Below are positions 44,301 to 51,834 of a stretch of 51,997 bases of DNA, one piece after another. The notes under the pieces are model-generated. The model saw nothing but the letters and a program-made list of their open reading frames with translations, ran no database searches and was not told where the DNA came from. How positions within the stretch are numbered: the stretch's first letter is position 1; each line of letters starts with the position of its first letter. Made by a program: the position numbers and the translations under genes. Where the stretch lies: contig AQRS01000042.1 in the NCBI GenBank assembly GCA_000402355.1, forward strand, positions 22,790 to 74,786, read 5' to 3'. This stretch comes from Candidatus Iainarchaeum andersonii SCGC AAA011-E11. Lineage in GTDB: Archaea > Iainarchaeota > Iainarchaeia > Iainarchaeales > Iainarchaeaceae.

Positions 44301-45945
44301 GCATTACTTCGTGCCCACAAAAGAGGTGCAGGACAAGCAAACCAACACAACCGTGCTTTCAAGCGAAAAGGTTTCAAACCTGGTTGATGAGCTCAAAAAG
44401 AATGTCATTGACACTTTCGAGTCGGATGCCAACACCACAACCAAAAAAGCCGTGAAGGAGCTTGGCGACGAATTCGAAAAGTTCTCGAAAGACGCGAAGG
44501 ACAATGACATTGTGCAGGCAACAATGAAAATGAACGGCCTCAATTCAGGGCAGCTCGATTCCAAAACACTGTTCTACTTCTGGTGCGGAAAGGGATGTGA
44601 CATGACTCCCGCGTCATACAGGCAGGAGGGCAGCCAGGAAGTCCGCGGAACCAACGGCACCAACGTCGGCATTGACTTCAAGAAGGGCGAAATCACGAGG
44701 GACGGCGTTCCCATAGTGCAGTCGCCCGATAATGTGAGAATGGCTTCAACCAACCTCGGCATACCCGCAATAGAAATACCCCACACTTTAACCGAAACGT
44801 GCATCCAGAACACAACCGATGTTGCGCTTGAAATCAGCGCGAACGGCGACGTCAGGGTTCTGAACCAGCAGTTCCTCGACTGCATAAAACAAGGCGTCCT
44901 GGAACAAACAGGGCTGCCGCTACAGACCGACAAGCTGAACGACGCATTCGGCAGCCTCGAGGTCATTGTAACTAGCACGCATCCGAACGTAAAGCCAATG
45001 GGCGACAGGATTGTTGCCGAGGGCGTCCCAAGAAAAATCGCGGAGGGCGCGAACCAGAAAGTGTTTGTGCTCGCAAATAAAGATGTCAACCTGAGTTCCT
45101 CGAATGACGGTTCAACTGATTTAGGAACGCTTGTGAGCCTCCAGTTTGCAAACGGGACAATTGTAGTGAAGCCAAACGGCTGCTTCCTAACCTGGCTCAG
45201 GCACAGCCAGGACGGAATCCTAAGCAAGGACCTCGTGAAGGGCCTGAAAACAGATTTGGACAGGGAAACCAATCCCCAGACGCTGTGCGAAGAGCCGGTG
45301 GTTGACTTCGAACTCATTCCTGATTTGGCTTCGGACCTCCAGATTGGCAAGGTTGACAATTTCAACAAGTCGCTCAAGCACATGGGCCCGTTCAGCGTAT
45401 TCGAAACACCCACGCAAAGGTTCGTGATTTCCTCCGAGCCGGATGATTCAGGAAACTGCGTTGACCATTTGCGCGTAATCGACAAGGAAACCGGAAAAGT
45501 CACCGACTACACTGGCTCCATTACCCAGACGCCGGACGGCTTCAAGATAACGACTCCGGACGGCCAAGAGCACGAAGTAAAGTTCTCGACAAAGGACGGC
45601 GCGCCGATGGTGCAGCTTGATGGCAACAAGCCCGAAGTTCTCACGGCCGCGCAGGGAAAGAACGGTTCCTTCTACTACAATCCTGACACAGGAACCTGGT
45701 TCGCGGAGAACGCGCAATTATTGCCGTTGATTGAGGCTTTCCGCGAAGGCATTGCCGCAAAGGTCCAGCCCAACGGCGAAACAACCGCAACCGCCTCGGG
45801 AAACGTGCTCAACCTCAATGTTGGCGGCAACGAGGACAAGGGCTTCTTGAACCTGCCATCGCTGCCGGAAGACAAGGTGCTCCTGCTTTTGTTCATTGCG
45901 CTGATAGTGATGTCATTTGTGTACGTGCAGAGAAGGAAAAAGTAA
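41371..45945 (+). CDS. Large secreted orphan protein (1524 aa) with an N-terminal signal peptide and a C-terminal tripartite sorting signal (candidate archaeosortase substrate)
   Basis: ATG at 41371; the track start at 41356 is TTG. The signal peptide is MRQVYSIFIVYLMLFPVLADA. The C-terminus is ...GFLNLPSLPEDKVLLLLFIALIVMSFVYVQRRKK, i.e. motif, TM, then a basic tail. I recognise no domain in between. Confidence 0.8.
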   Translation: MRQVYSIFIVYLMLFPVLADATQPLQKASFADAQTTSGTQDPRTLTETPQETAAREAGLINPQTAAANGVPRVNEFMCASSELKPNETQNILDLLKDGYTGKEIAGQTEKNENRDSLANKEIILVDPEDENSAVKTEIPNQKFKPQEISQFLNMYINGPFAFGVVLTDSLRTGRCENFGSPECSLTGPNLTRRNSGVGIVADTKPVREAFGDIYDSWFDGNENLSQFSKEQNDALRAAIETDGGQTQIKTAERLETTLIPNSILTEYFDARMQTNCNNSSCVISTYSMFDKYFNSWMSSEMVVSTFGPSLLYQTKRLFGWTGRRGFLSGVREEYQKFLDRFRKEFINEDSFLQKVRAASVKNKLNKYPSWKKFHQEMVTGHSDGSGYELMKTETFQTFWGKQLDKGGFIDSMKSAEERADFLKYLVDMRAIVRAGQARVDEAQLVYKTALAELGPQNPVTKQKLIDYGREFAHYLDQSLDESGLGADAIEWIARYPNVGMYNKGVKQILPDGTSDVVDLFTDHRNFQRILKKFYQDGTFEDFEGKLAEYGSAYQTRGGNIVLYAFDKDTAQPYRGLSYSNLGAVAKSGGTRRDTFVGTDYGEFMRLDQASVSTIQSRLGANPQLFEGNWKETFELTPADLAQRITNARTRQAAYMPSTNIDTMIDTIRERNWNSRRYWNALDKLLAQEDELVRSYFTIQGGAKWTALPFGYWWAKKGFGVESISQYQLPDTWHDLKFTHGSENVYDYSYIDFFANEGSDQGDLFVQVLNKLPWKVVLDAVSEKFNPLRNLYDSLTKNQLRNETEDLAFYLTGPEECANCSVVIRSDDLTNFRPFFFVNDQKLVSYILEDTKTETAKKQGQTLITFVGHMNLEGQSGQAKGEPINLVDAINHKEDASGVQQKTCKEAVDQLQFYGVEFGKYLPEAVKEKGRIGGVLSGLESITYGTFFWAGIFSTAAIQLSIAPQLHECVDVDEGYYAHYFVPTKEVQDKQTNTTVLSSEKVSNLVDELKKNVIDTFESDANTTTKKAVKELGDEFEKFSKDAKDNDIVQATMKMNGLNSGQLDSKTLFYFWCGKGCDMTPASYRQEGSQEVRGTNGTNVGIDFKKGEITRDGVPIVQSPDNVRMASTNLGIPAIEIPHTLTETCIQNTTDVALEISANGDVRVLNQQFLDCIKQGVLEQTGLPLQTDKLNDAFGSLEVIVTSTHPNVKPMGDRIVAEGVPRKIAEGANQKVFVLANKDVNLSSSNDGSTDLGTLVSLQFANGTIVVKPNGCFLTWLRHSQDGILSKDLVKGLKTDLDRETNPQTLCEEPVVDFELIPDLASDLQIGKVDNFNKSLKHMGPFSVFETPTQRFVISSEPDDSGNCVDHLRVIDKETGKVTDYTGSITQTPDGFKITTPDGQEHEVKFSTKDGAPMVQLDGNKPEVLTAAQGKNGSFYYNPDTGTWFAENAQLLPLIEAFREGIAAKVQPNGETTATASGNVLNLNVGGNEDKGFLNLPSLPEDKVLLLLFIALIVMSFVYVQRRKK

Positions 45946-45973
45946 AACTTTGGTTAACAAAAAATTGGTTGAA

Positions 45974-46723
45974 TTATCTTTCACGCGAAGGCCCAACCAC
46001 GCCACTTGGGCCTGTATACATTAGTTCTCTTGTTTTTCGGTTTCCAAACATATAATCTCGGAATGCATTTGCCTGTTTCTCGAATCTTGTAAAAAGCTTC
46101 CTTTGGTATTCCCAGCGCTCTATTTGCTGTTCAAGTTCTCTTGCCGGTCCGACTATGCTTGCCTCTATTTCCTCCGCTTCGGCCCTGCGGTCAGCAAGCC
46201 TCAGTTTCGTGGCTTTGCTGGACGCTTCCCTGATTTTATCCCTGTCTTTTATCATGGTTCCGAGTATTTCGAACTCATCGGCCGTTAACATTTTGAAGTC
46301 CGCCCTAATCATTTTCGTATAAAACCCCTCTTTGTCCACGGGCCTCAGGTATTTCTCGTCTTCCTCTCCTGACTTCACTTTTGCTATTCTTTCATATGTG
46401 CTTGCAATAGTATTGTAGGTTGCCCTTTCAGCCTTGCCAAAACCTTCAGGGCCTTCCCTGAATCTCCTCATTGCCCTGAAAATGGGCTCCCTCTGGCCCT
46501 CATGTTGCGTATCAATAACATTTTGAACTGCTTTATTTTCATGCGAGAGCCTACGCTCATGCCTTTTCTTGTTAAGCCATTCGGAAAATAGGCGGAATGG
46601 TGTTCTCACGCCGAAGAAATCGTGAAAAATCATTTTCCCAAAAAAGCCCGGGTGCCTGTGTTCGCCTATTCCGCGCCCATGCCTGGTAGGCCTTTCTCTT
46701 GGCCCTGTATGCGGCGGTGCCAT
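45974..46723 (-). CDS. Hypothetical soluble charged protein (249 aa; 219 aa if started at ATG 46633)
   Basis: Open frame with helical, charged composition (…ADRRAEAEEIEASIVGPARELEQQIERWEYQRKLFTRFEKQ…). ATG 46723 sits in the same TTATTTATG context, about 27 nt from a palindrome centre, as ATG 16695 of the GGDEF-family gene. I recognise no family. Confidence 0.5.
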   Translation of the reverse strand: MAPPHTGPRERPTRHGRGIGEHRHPGFFGKMIFHDFFGVRTPFRLFSEWLNKKRHERRLSHENKAVQNVIDTQHEGQREPIFRAMRRFREGPEGFGKAERATYNTIASTYERIAKVKSGEEDEKYLRPVDKEGFYTKMIRADFKMLTADEFEILGTMIKDRDKIREASSKATKLRLADRRAEAEEIEASIVGPARELEQQIERWEYQRKLFTRFEKQANAFRDYMFGNRKTRELMYTGPSGVVGPSRER

Positions 46724-46732
46724 AAATAAAAG

Positions 46733-46906
46733 TTATATCGAAGGACATAAATAATGTCCTTTGATAGCTATTGAAAGACACTAAAAAGTTGCTAAATTAA
46801 TGTCTTTTGATATTATATCAAAGGGCAAAAATATGGATGCAAAATTTGTCCTTTGATAGCTATCAAAAGACACTATAAAAGTTGCTAAATTAATGTCTTT
46901 TGATAT
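46733..46906 (-). promoter_or_regulatory. Operator-like array: 8 half-sites TGTCYTTTGATA in alternating orientation, including two tandem copies of the ~60-nt unit also found at 16616-16676
   Basis: Half-sites lie at 46735-47, 46755-66, 46767-80, 46801-12, 46815-27, 46847-58, 46861-72 and 46894-905. Unit copies are 46755-46813 and 46847-46906. The reverse complement of copy 2 is ATATCAAAAGACATTAATTTAGCAACTTTTATAGTGTCTTTTGATAGCTATCAAAGGACA, almost identical to 16616-16676. Confidence 0.5.
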
Positions 46907-46935
46907 TCTTCGAGGAATTATAAAAAACATCGCAT

Positions 46936-47871
46936 TCAGGACTGCTCGATGTCCTCGATGCAGCTCTGCGCCTCGGAACCGGCCTGGTAGCAAAGCTGCT
47001 TGTTTCGCGTGTTGAATGCAACCCACGCAACGCAATTGTCCCTTGTTTCCGCAAGGTTCTCGCAGATTGCGGGGTTATTCAGCGTTGTCGCTATTTTGAA
47101 GAAGCAAAGGTTCATGTTCGGCCCCGCCTTGTTGCATAATGAAGCGCTGTTGGTGTTGAGCGCGATGTTGTAATAGCAGAATGCCTTCGGGGATTCTATC
47201 TTGAGTTCCTCCTGGCACGCAAAATACTCGTTGTCAATGCTGTTCCAGCAGGTGTCCTCCACAATCCTTGTGGTAGTGCAATACTCGGGTTTTCCTTCCG
47301 AAACAGCGTCATTGCAAATCCGCCTGTTTTGGCCGTCCGGGCACAGAGAAAAATCCATTGCTTCTGCCGCGCGAACGCATTGTTCGGCCTCGTAATCGGT
47401 TTTGTCGCACAAAGAAGTGTCGTTTGTGGCAATGGCGACATCGGCATAGCAATCCGGCTTTCCCGTAACAATATTGTCGCAGAGGCTCCGGTCGTTTTTC
47501 TGCTGCGCGAGCCGCGCAAAGCAGTCATCCTTCACTCCCTGTTCCACAGCCGCTTCGCAGCCCTTTTCATCTCCTGTAAGGACAGCATAATTCTCGTAAC
47601 AAAAATCTTTGCCTGTATTATCGGCTGAATCGCAATCCTTCATGGACTGCGGGACAAGGTAATCGCTCGGGTAACTCGGGTCGACAACCAAATCCCCGAT
47701 GCCGATCTCATCGGGCGAAATATAATCGAGGTTCTGGTACTCGTCGCCGTTCACATCAACATAAGTATCGGTGCCTGCGGCATTAACTTTCGGCTGGTTG
47801 AGTATGAGAACCGCGATCAAGGCGACTATAATCAGGAAAGGAACCGCGAGCCACTGCCATTTTTCGGCCAT
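46936..47871 (-). CDS. N-terminally anchored extracytoplasmic Cys-rich repeat protein (311 aa)
   Basis: TM is WLAVPFLIIVALIAVLIL. It is followed by about 10 repeats of an 18-20-aa unit with two Cys (DFCYENYAVLTGDEKGCEAA, DDCFARLAQQKNDRSLCDNI, PDCYADVAIATNDTSLCDKT, AFCYYNIALNTNSASLCNKA, NLCFFKIATTLNNPAICENL, DNCVAWVAFNTRNKQLCYQA). Confidence 0.65.
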   Translation of the reverse strand: MAEKWQWLAVPFLIIVALIAVLILNQPKVNAAGTDTYVDVNGDEYQNLDYISPDEIGIGDLVVDPSYPSDYLVPQSMKDCDSADNTGKDFCYENYAVLTGDEKGCEAAVEQGVKDDCFARLAQQKNDRSLCDNIVTGKPDCYADVAIATNDTSLCDKTDYEAEQCVRAAEAMDFSLCPDGQNRRICNDAVSEGKPEYCTTTRIVEDTCWNSIDNEYFACQEELKIESPKAFCYYNIALNTNSASLCNKAGPNMNLCFFKIATTLNNPAICENLAETRDNCVAWVAFNTRNKQLCYQAGSEAQSCIEDIEQS

Positions 47872-47903
47872 GAATACAAAATTGGGGATTCAGATTAATA
47901 AAT

Positions 47904-48647
47904 TTATGTAATAATGGGGGTTTTCTGCTCGAATTTTTCGGCGTTGTCCTTCGTGGAATTTATCTTCTGGAGCTGCTGTATGAGCTGCTTCTCCACTTCG
48001 CGCGCCTCGGCCAGCAAGGGCTCCACATCAAGCTTCAATTCAAGGATTTCGTTCAGCTTCTTCAGCACTTCCGCGGTCGCCTTGTAATCCGTGCTCATTT
48101 CAACGTTTCCCAAAATTGAAATCGCGTTCATTTTCGAGCGCCTCAGTTCCATGAGTATGAGCGCGGTTATCCCTGTTGTGATGCCCTCGTCTATTTCCGC
48201 GAGGCCGTACTTTTTCAGGAGGTGCTTTGACTCCTCGTTCGCGGCAATCCCGTAAATTATTTCCTTTTTAGGCGTTCCCTCGGCCGCGCGTATCCCGGAA
48301 AGCGAAATCAGTTCGTTGAATCCCTTGTCATTTATCCAGTCAACTGTTTTCTTCGCCATTGGGTGAATAGCGGCCTTCGGAATCACCTGCTCCGCGATAA
48401 TCACGGCAACCTTGGTTTTTTTGTCCGCGTAAATCCGCGCGGGCCTCACGGGCATGCCATTGTGAATCCTTATAATCGGCATGAAAACGTTCGAGTCAAT
48501 GTATCCCACGTAATCAAAATTCAGCTTTTCAACGAGGTACTTGGCCGCAATGGTCCCGACCAGACCCATCCCAGGAAAGCCCTCAATCAAGGTATAGCCG
48601 GAGAAATTGTTTTTCCCGAACTCGACAAATTCTATTTCCTGCTTCAA
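47904..48647 (-). CDS. PAC2-family (proteasome assembly chaperone 2-like) protein
   Basis: The N-terminal motif YTLIEGFPGMGLVGTIAAKYLVEKL is characteristic of archaeal PAC2/COG1938 proteins, and the length (247 aa) is typical. The start codon at 48647 is TTG, with no upstream in-frame ATG. Confidence 0.7.
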   Translation of the reverse strand: MKQEIEFVEFGKNNFSGYTLIEGFPGMGLVGTIAAKYLVEKLNFDYVGYIDSNVFMPIIRIHNGMPVRPARIYADKKTKVAVIIAEQVIPKAAIHPMAKKTVDWINDKGFNELISLSGIRAAEGTPKKEIIYGIAANEESKHLLKKYGLAEIDEGITTGITALILMELRRSKMNAISILGNVEMSTDYKATAEVLKKLNEILELKLDVEPLLAEAREVEKQLIQQLQKINSTKDNAEKFEQKTPIIT

Positions 48648-48714
48648 AAGAATCAGTATTAGAAACTCTTAAGTTGTTTAAAATGGTTATGCCGGCCGTT
48701 TTCATCCGCGGTGC

Positions 48715-49602
48715 TTACAATGAAAACCCGCTCCCGAGGAAATACACAACCAGCCCGCACGGAACAAGGAAGAACGCGTACACAACCGTTTTCTGCTGTT
48801 GGTTCTCCGTGAAGGCAACGAAAGCCGAGGCAATCACCGCGTATTCAATGATGTAAATGATGTTCCCGAGGAGCGCGTAATCAAAGAGCTTTTTCCGCGC
48901 TTCTTCCCCCGCTCCGATGCCGAGTCCGGAAGCGGCCAAAAAATCGAGGCCCGAAACCATTCCAGAAACAAGGCCGAGTATGAGCGGCACCACCAACCCC
49001 CCTGCAAACAAAAGAGTGTACTTCTCGATTGCCGCGTTGGCTGCCCTCTCCCTGATGAGTGCGTTGGTTTCCATGAAGTCCTCCGCGGTTTCACGGAAAA
49101 TGCTCTGCATCTTTCCGCCCAAAATAAATGAATTCGTTATCAAATCAACCGCCCTTGAAAGCGAAGCGGATTTGTTCCGCGCCTTTATTTTTTCAAACGC
49201 CTGTTCAAGGGGCATTCCCGCTTCCACTTCCTTTTCCGCCGCCGAAAACTCCTCCTTCAGCGGGCTTGGCGAATGCATTGCCATGAAGCCCAGCATCTTT
49301 TCCTGCCTCGTTCCCTCCGGAATCGAGGAAGCCAGCAGCAGCATGTCGGGAACCGCATCCTCAATGGATTTTTTCCTCTGCTCGAACAAATGCAGGCAGT
49401 AAAAATAGTTCAGCACAAGCGGCGCAAAAAAAGCCAGAACCGAAGCCGCGCTTACCTTTTCACTTTTCAGCACGAACAATCCAAGGTAAAGCACGGCCAG
49501 GGAAAGTCCTGCCCCAAGAAAAACCGATAGCCCGAGGAAACCTTTAAGGCCATTGCCGTAGTTTATTGCGCCAAGGATTTCCGCGAACTCTTTTTTCCCC
49601 AT
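48715..49602 (-). CDS. TadC/FlaJ-like T2SS-F-domain membrane protein, locus B
   Basis: A cytoplasmic helical domain (DMLLLASSIPEGTRQEKMLGFMAMHSPSPLKEEFSAAEKEVEAGMPLEQAFEKIKARNKSASLSRAVDLI) is flanked by TM segments. ATG at 49602; a GTG at 49608 overlaps the upstream stop. Confidence 0.75.
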   Translation of the reverse strand: MGKKEFAEILGAINYGNGLKGFLGLSVFLGAGLSLAVLYLGLFVLKSEKVSAASVLAFFAPLVLNYFYCLHLFEQRKKSIEDAVPDMLLLASSIPEGTRQEKMLGFMAMHSPSPLKEEFSAAEKEVEAGMPLEQAFEKIKARNKSASLSRAVDLITNSFILGGKMQSIFRETAEDFMETNALIRERAANAAIEKYTLLFAGGLVVPLILGLVSGMVSGLDFLAASGLGIGAGEEARKKLFDYALLGNIIYIIEYAVIASAFVAFTENQQQKTVVYAFFLVPCGLVVYFLGSGFSL

Positions 49603-49604
49603 TT

Positions 49605-50408
49605 TCACTGCCTCATGGATTCCGGCATCCCGGCCTTTATGGAGAAAAGGAGAAGCGTATCCGCCAGCGGGAACAATAATGCGACAATCAGAAGCACTTG
49701 TTCCGGCTCAAAGCCCGTTTCCATGAAGCCGCTTCCAACCATTACGAATGCCTGGAACAGCGCGGGAACAATGGCGGAAACCACGATGAATGCGAGCGAA
49801 TAAACCGCGGCTTTTCCGTAGAATTCCTTCGCCTCCGCCTTTTGCCTGGAAAGCAGTTCCTTTGCAAGGCTCCTCACGGCTTCTCCCGCTTCCTTCTTTC
49901 CGCCCTTCTCATAAATGGAGGCGAGCTGTGCAATACTCCTTGACAGGAGCCTCGAGCGGTTCCTTTCGCACATTGCTGTAAGTGCCTCGGTCACTGAAGC
50001 GCCGGACCTTGACTCTATAAGCGCCCTCTTGAGTTCAATTGAAAGAACCCCGTAATTTGACCCGGCAATCGAGGAAAGAGCCTTTTCGAACGGAATCCCG
50101 ATGTTGAGCTCCACACTCAGCTGCATCAGTGCAAATGGCAGGTGCTTTTCAATCAGTCTCGCCTTCCTTTCAAGCCGCGCTCTTGGCCTTCCGAAAATAA
50201 AAAAGAATGCGCACGCGCCGCAAAGCGCGGAGAATGCAAGCCCTTCGACCGGCGCGGAAAAAAACAGGTTCCACAACAGCCACGCGAGAATGAATGCGAG
50301 CAAAGAAATTTTTGCGGCGCCCGCGAGGTATTCCTTTGCGCGCGTTTTGCCCCCGAGCGAGAGCAAATCCTGTTCAAGTTTCCGAATTGCCGTATCCATT
50401 GATTTCAT
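49605..50408 (-). CDS. TadB/FlaJ-like T2SS-F-domain membrane protein, locus B
   Basis: HLPFALMQLSVELNIGIPFEKALSSIAGSNYGVLSIELKRALIESRSGASVTEALTAMCERNRSRLLSRSIAQL plus flanking TM segments. ATG at 50408; the track start at 50420 is GTG. It overlaps the ATPase gene's end. Confidence 0.7.
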   Translation of the reverse strand: MKSMDTAIRKLEQDLLSLGGKTRAKEYLAGAAKISLLAFILAWLLWNLFFSAPVEGLAFSALCGACAFFFIFGRPRARLERKARLIEKHLPFALMQLSVELNIGIPFEKALSSIAGSNYGVLSIELKRALIESRSGASVTEALTAMCERNRSRLLSRSIAQLASIYEKGGKKEAGEAVRSLAKELLSRQKAEAKEFYGKAAVYSLAFIVVSAIVPALFQAFVMVGSGFMETGFEPEQVLLIVALLFPLADTLLLFSIKAGMPESMRQ

Positions 50409-51834
50409 CAAGGTATTCACCCCAGTTTTTTCCGGAAATTTTGTTCAGGAACTCGGCTCTTTTTGATATCTCTTTCCGGATTCCGTCAGGCGCGAGGCCG
50501 AAAGTCCTGCATATTTTTTCCTTCACGCGCGAACTTTTGCGCGCAATTCCTTTTTCTTTTTTCCCGAAGCCGTGCGCCGAAAACAGCCTGTTGAGCGAAA
50601 GCCCGCCTTTCACGATTTGCGGTTCGCATATTTCGACAAGCGCCCTCCGCTCCAGAAAATTGGCGCCACGTTTTTCCGTCCATCTTTTCTGCGTCACTAT
50701 GAGGTCTATGGATGAGGCGTCAATTTCGAGTATTCCCAATGCCCGCAATCTCGCAACCGCTTCAAGGGCGGACTGCGCATGAAAAGTTGCGTAAGTGCCC
50801 TTTCCCTGCCCCGCGAGTATTGTGTCCATGAATGCCTTTGCCTCGCCTTTTTCCCTGACTTCGCCCACAATCACCCTGTCCGGCCTCATCCTGAGAGTGT
50901 TCACTATGAGTTCCTGCATGCCGATCTCGATTCCATCAACCGTGCTGAGCTTCACGAAATGCGGGTGCGGAACAACTATTTCAGGCGTTTCCTCCACGGA
51001 AACAATCCTCTCGTTTTTTGGCACGAAGTTCAGGAGAGAATTCAGCAGGGTGGTTTTTCCCGAGCCGGTGTTGCCGCAAATCAGTATCGAGCAGTCGCTC
51101 TGCATCGCCATCCAGAGCAGGGCCATTTCTTCGGCCCCGACGCTCCCCAGAGAAATAAGTTCGGAGGGCGTGAACCTGCTCTTCCTGAACTTCCTTATCG
51201 TTATTGTCGGCCCCGTGAATGCCGCCGGTTCGATGCACGCGTTCATTCTCGAGCCGTCATTCAGGACTGCGTTCAGCGAGGGCTTCTGCATCGTAATCCT
51301 CCTTCCCGTGTGCGAGGCCATTGCGTTCGCGACCTGCTTGACTTTTTCCGCGCTGGAGAAATAAATGTTGGTTGCGAGCCACCCGAAGCTCGAATCGAAA
51401 ACAAAAACCGGCTTTGCTTTTCCTGTTCCGGTAACCGCTATTTCCTCGAGGTTTTCATCCTGGAGCAATTCGGAAAGTATTCCCGCGGCCGCAACACAAT
51501 TATGTAGAAGAATTGGCATGTATTGCCGCTGCCTTTCGTCAAGAATGATGTTCAGGTTTCTGCAGTGCTCCTCCATTTCCTGCTTCAGCGTTGTTTCGCG
51601 CCTCTTTCCTTTTGATTCAAGGAACCTGCGCGTAATTTCAGCGGCGAGTTCCGCCTCGGCTGAACTAAGCTCCGGCAGCCTCTTCACAATGTAAAGCCTT
51701 TCGGTGTTTTCAAGCTCCGCAATCTCCCTCAATTCGTTCTCGGAAACCGTTTTTGCCCTGTTTTTTGGCCTGTAGATTGCCCAGCCTAGTATTTCCGCGG
51801 TTTTTTCAGAATCAAAAATGGCTTTTTGCGGCAT
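50374..51834 (-). CDS. Type II/IV secretion-family ATPase (VirB11/CpaF/FlaI-like), locus B
   Basis: Walker A is ILICGNTGSGKTTLLNSL. Asp box is RIVSVEETPEI. Walker B is RVIVGEVREKGEA. His box is KGTYATFHAQS. ATG at 51834; the track start at 51855 is TTG. Confidence 0.9.
   Translation of the reverse strand: MPQKAIFDSEKTAEILGWAIYRPKNRAKTVSENELREIAELENTERLYIVKRLPELSSAEAELAAEITRRFLESKGKRRETTLKQEMEEHCRNLNIILDERQRQYMPILLHNCVAAAGILSELLQDENLEEIAVTGTGKAKPVFVFDSSFGWLATNIYFSSAEKVKQVANAMASHTGRRITMQKPSLNAVLNDGSRMNACIEPAAFTGPTITIRKFRKSRFTPSELISLGSVGAEEMALLWMAMQSDCSILICGNTGSGKTTLLNSLLNFVPKNERIVSVEETPEIVVPHPHFVKLSTVDGIEIGMQELIVNTLRMRPDRVIVGEVREKGEAKAFMDTILAGQGKGTYATFHAQSALEAVARLRALGILEIDASSIDLIVTQKRWTEKRGANFLERRALVEICEPQIVKGGLSLNRLFSAHGFGKKEKGIARKSSRVKEKICRTFGLAPDGIRKEISKRAEFLNKISGKNWGEYLDEINGYGNSET

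Noticed and set aside
46755-46906. Possible mini-CRISPR: two ~59-nt direct repeats separated by 33 nt, with a third copy at 16616
   Set aside because: There are only two tandem units. The repeats are themselves composed of alternating palindromic half-sites. The third copy is 30 kb away in promoter position. No cas genes and no leader are present. This fits an operator array, not CRISPR.
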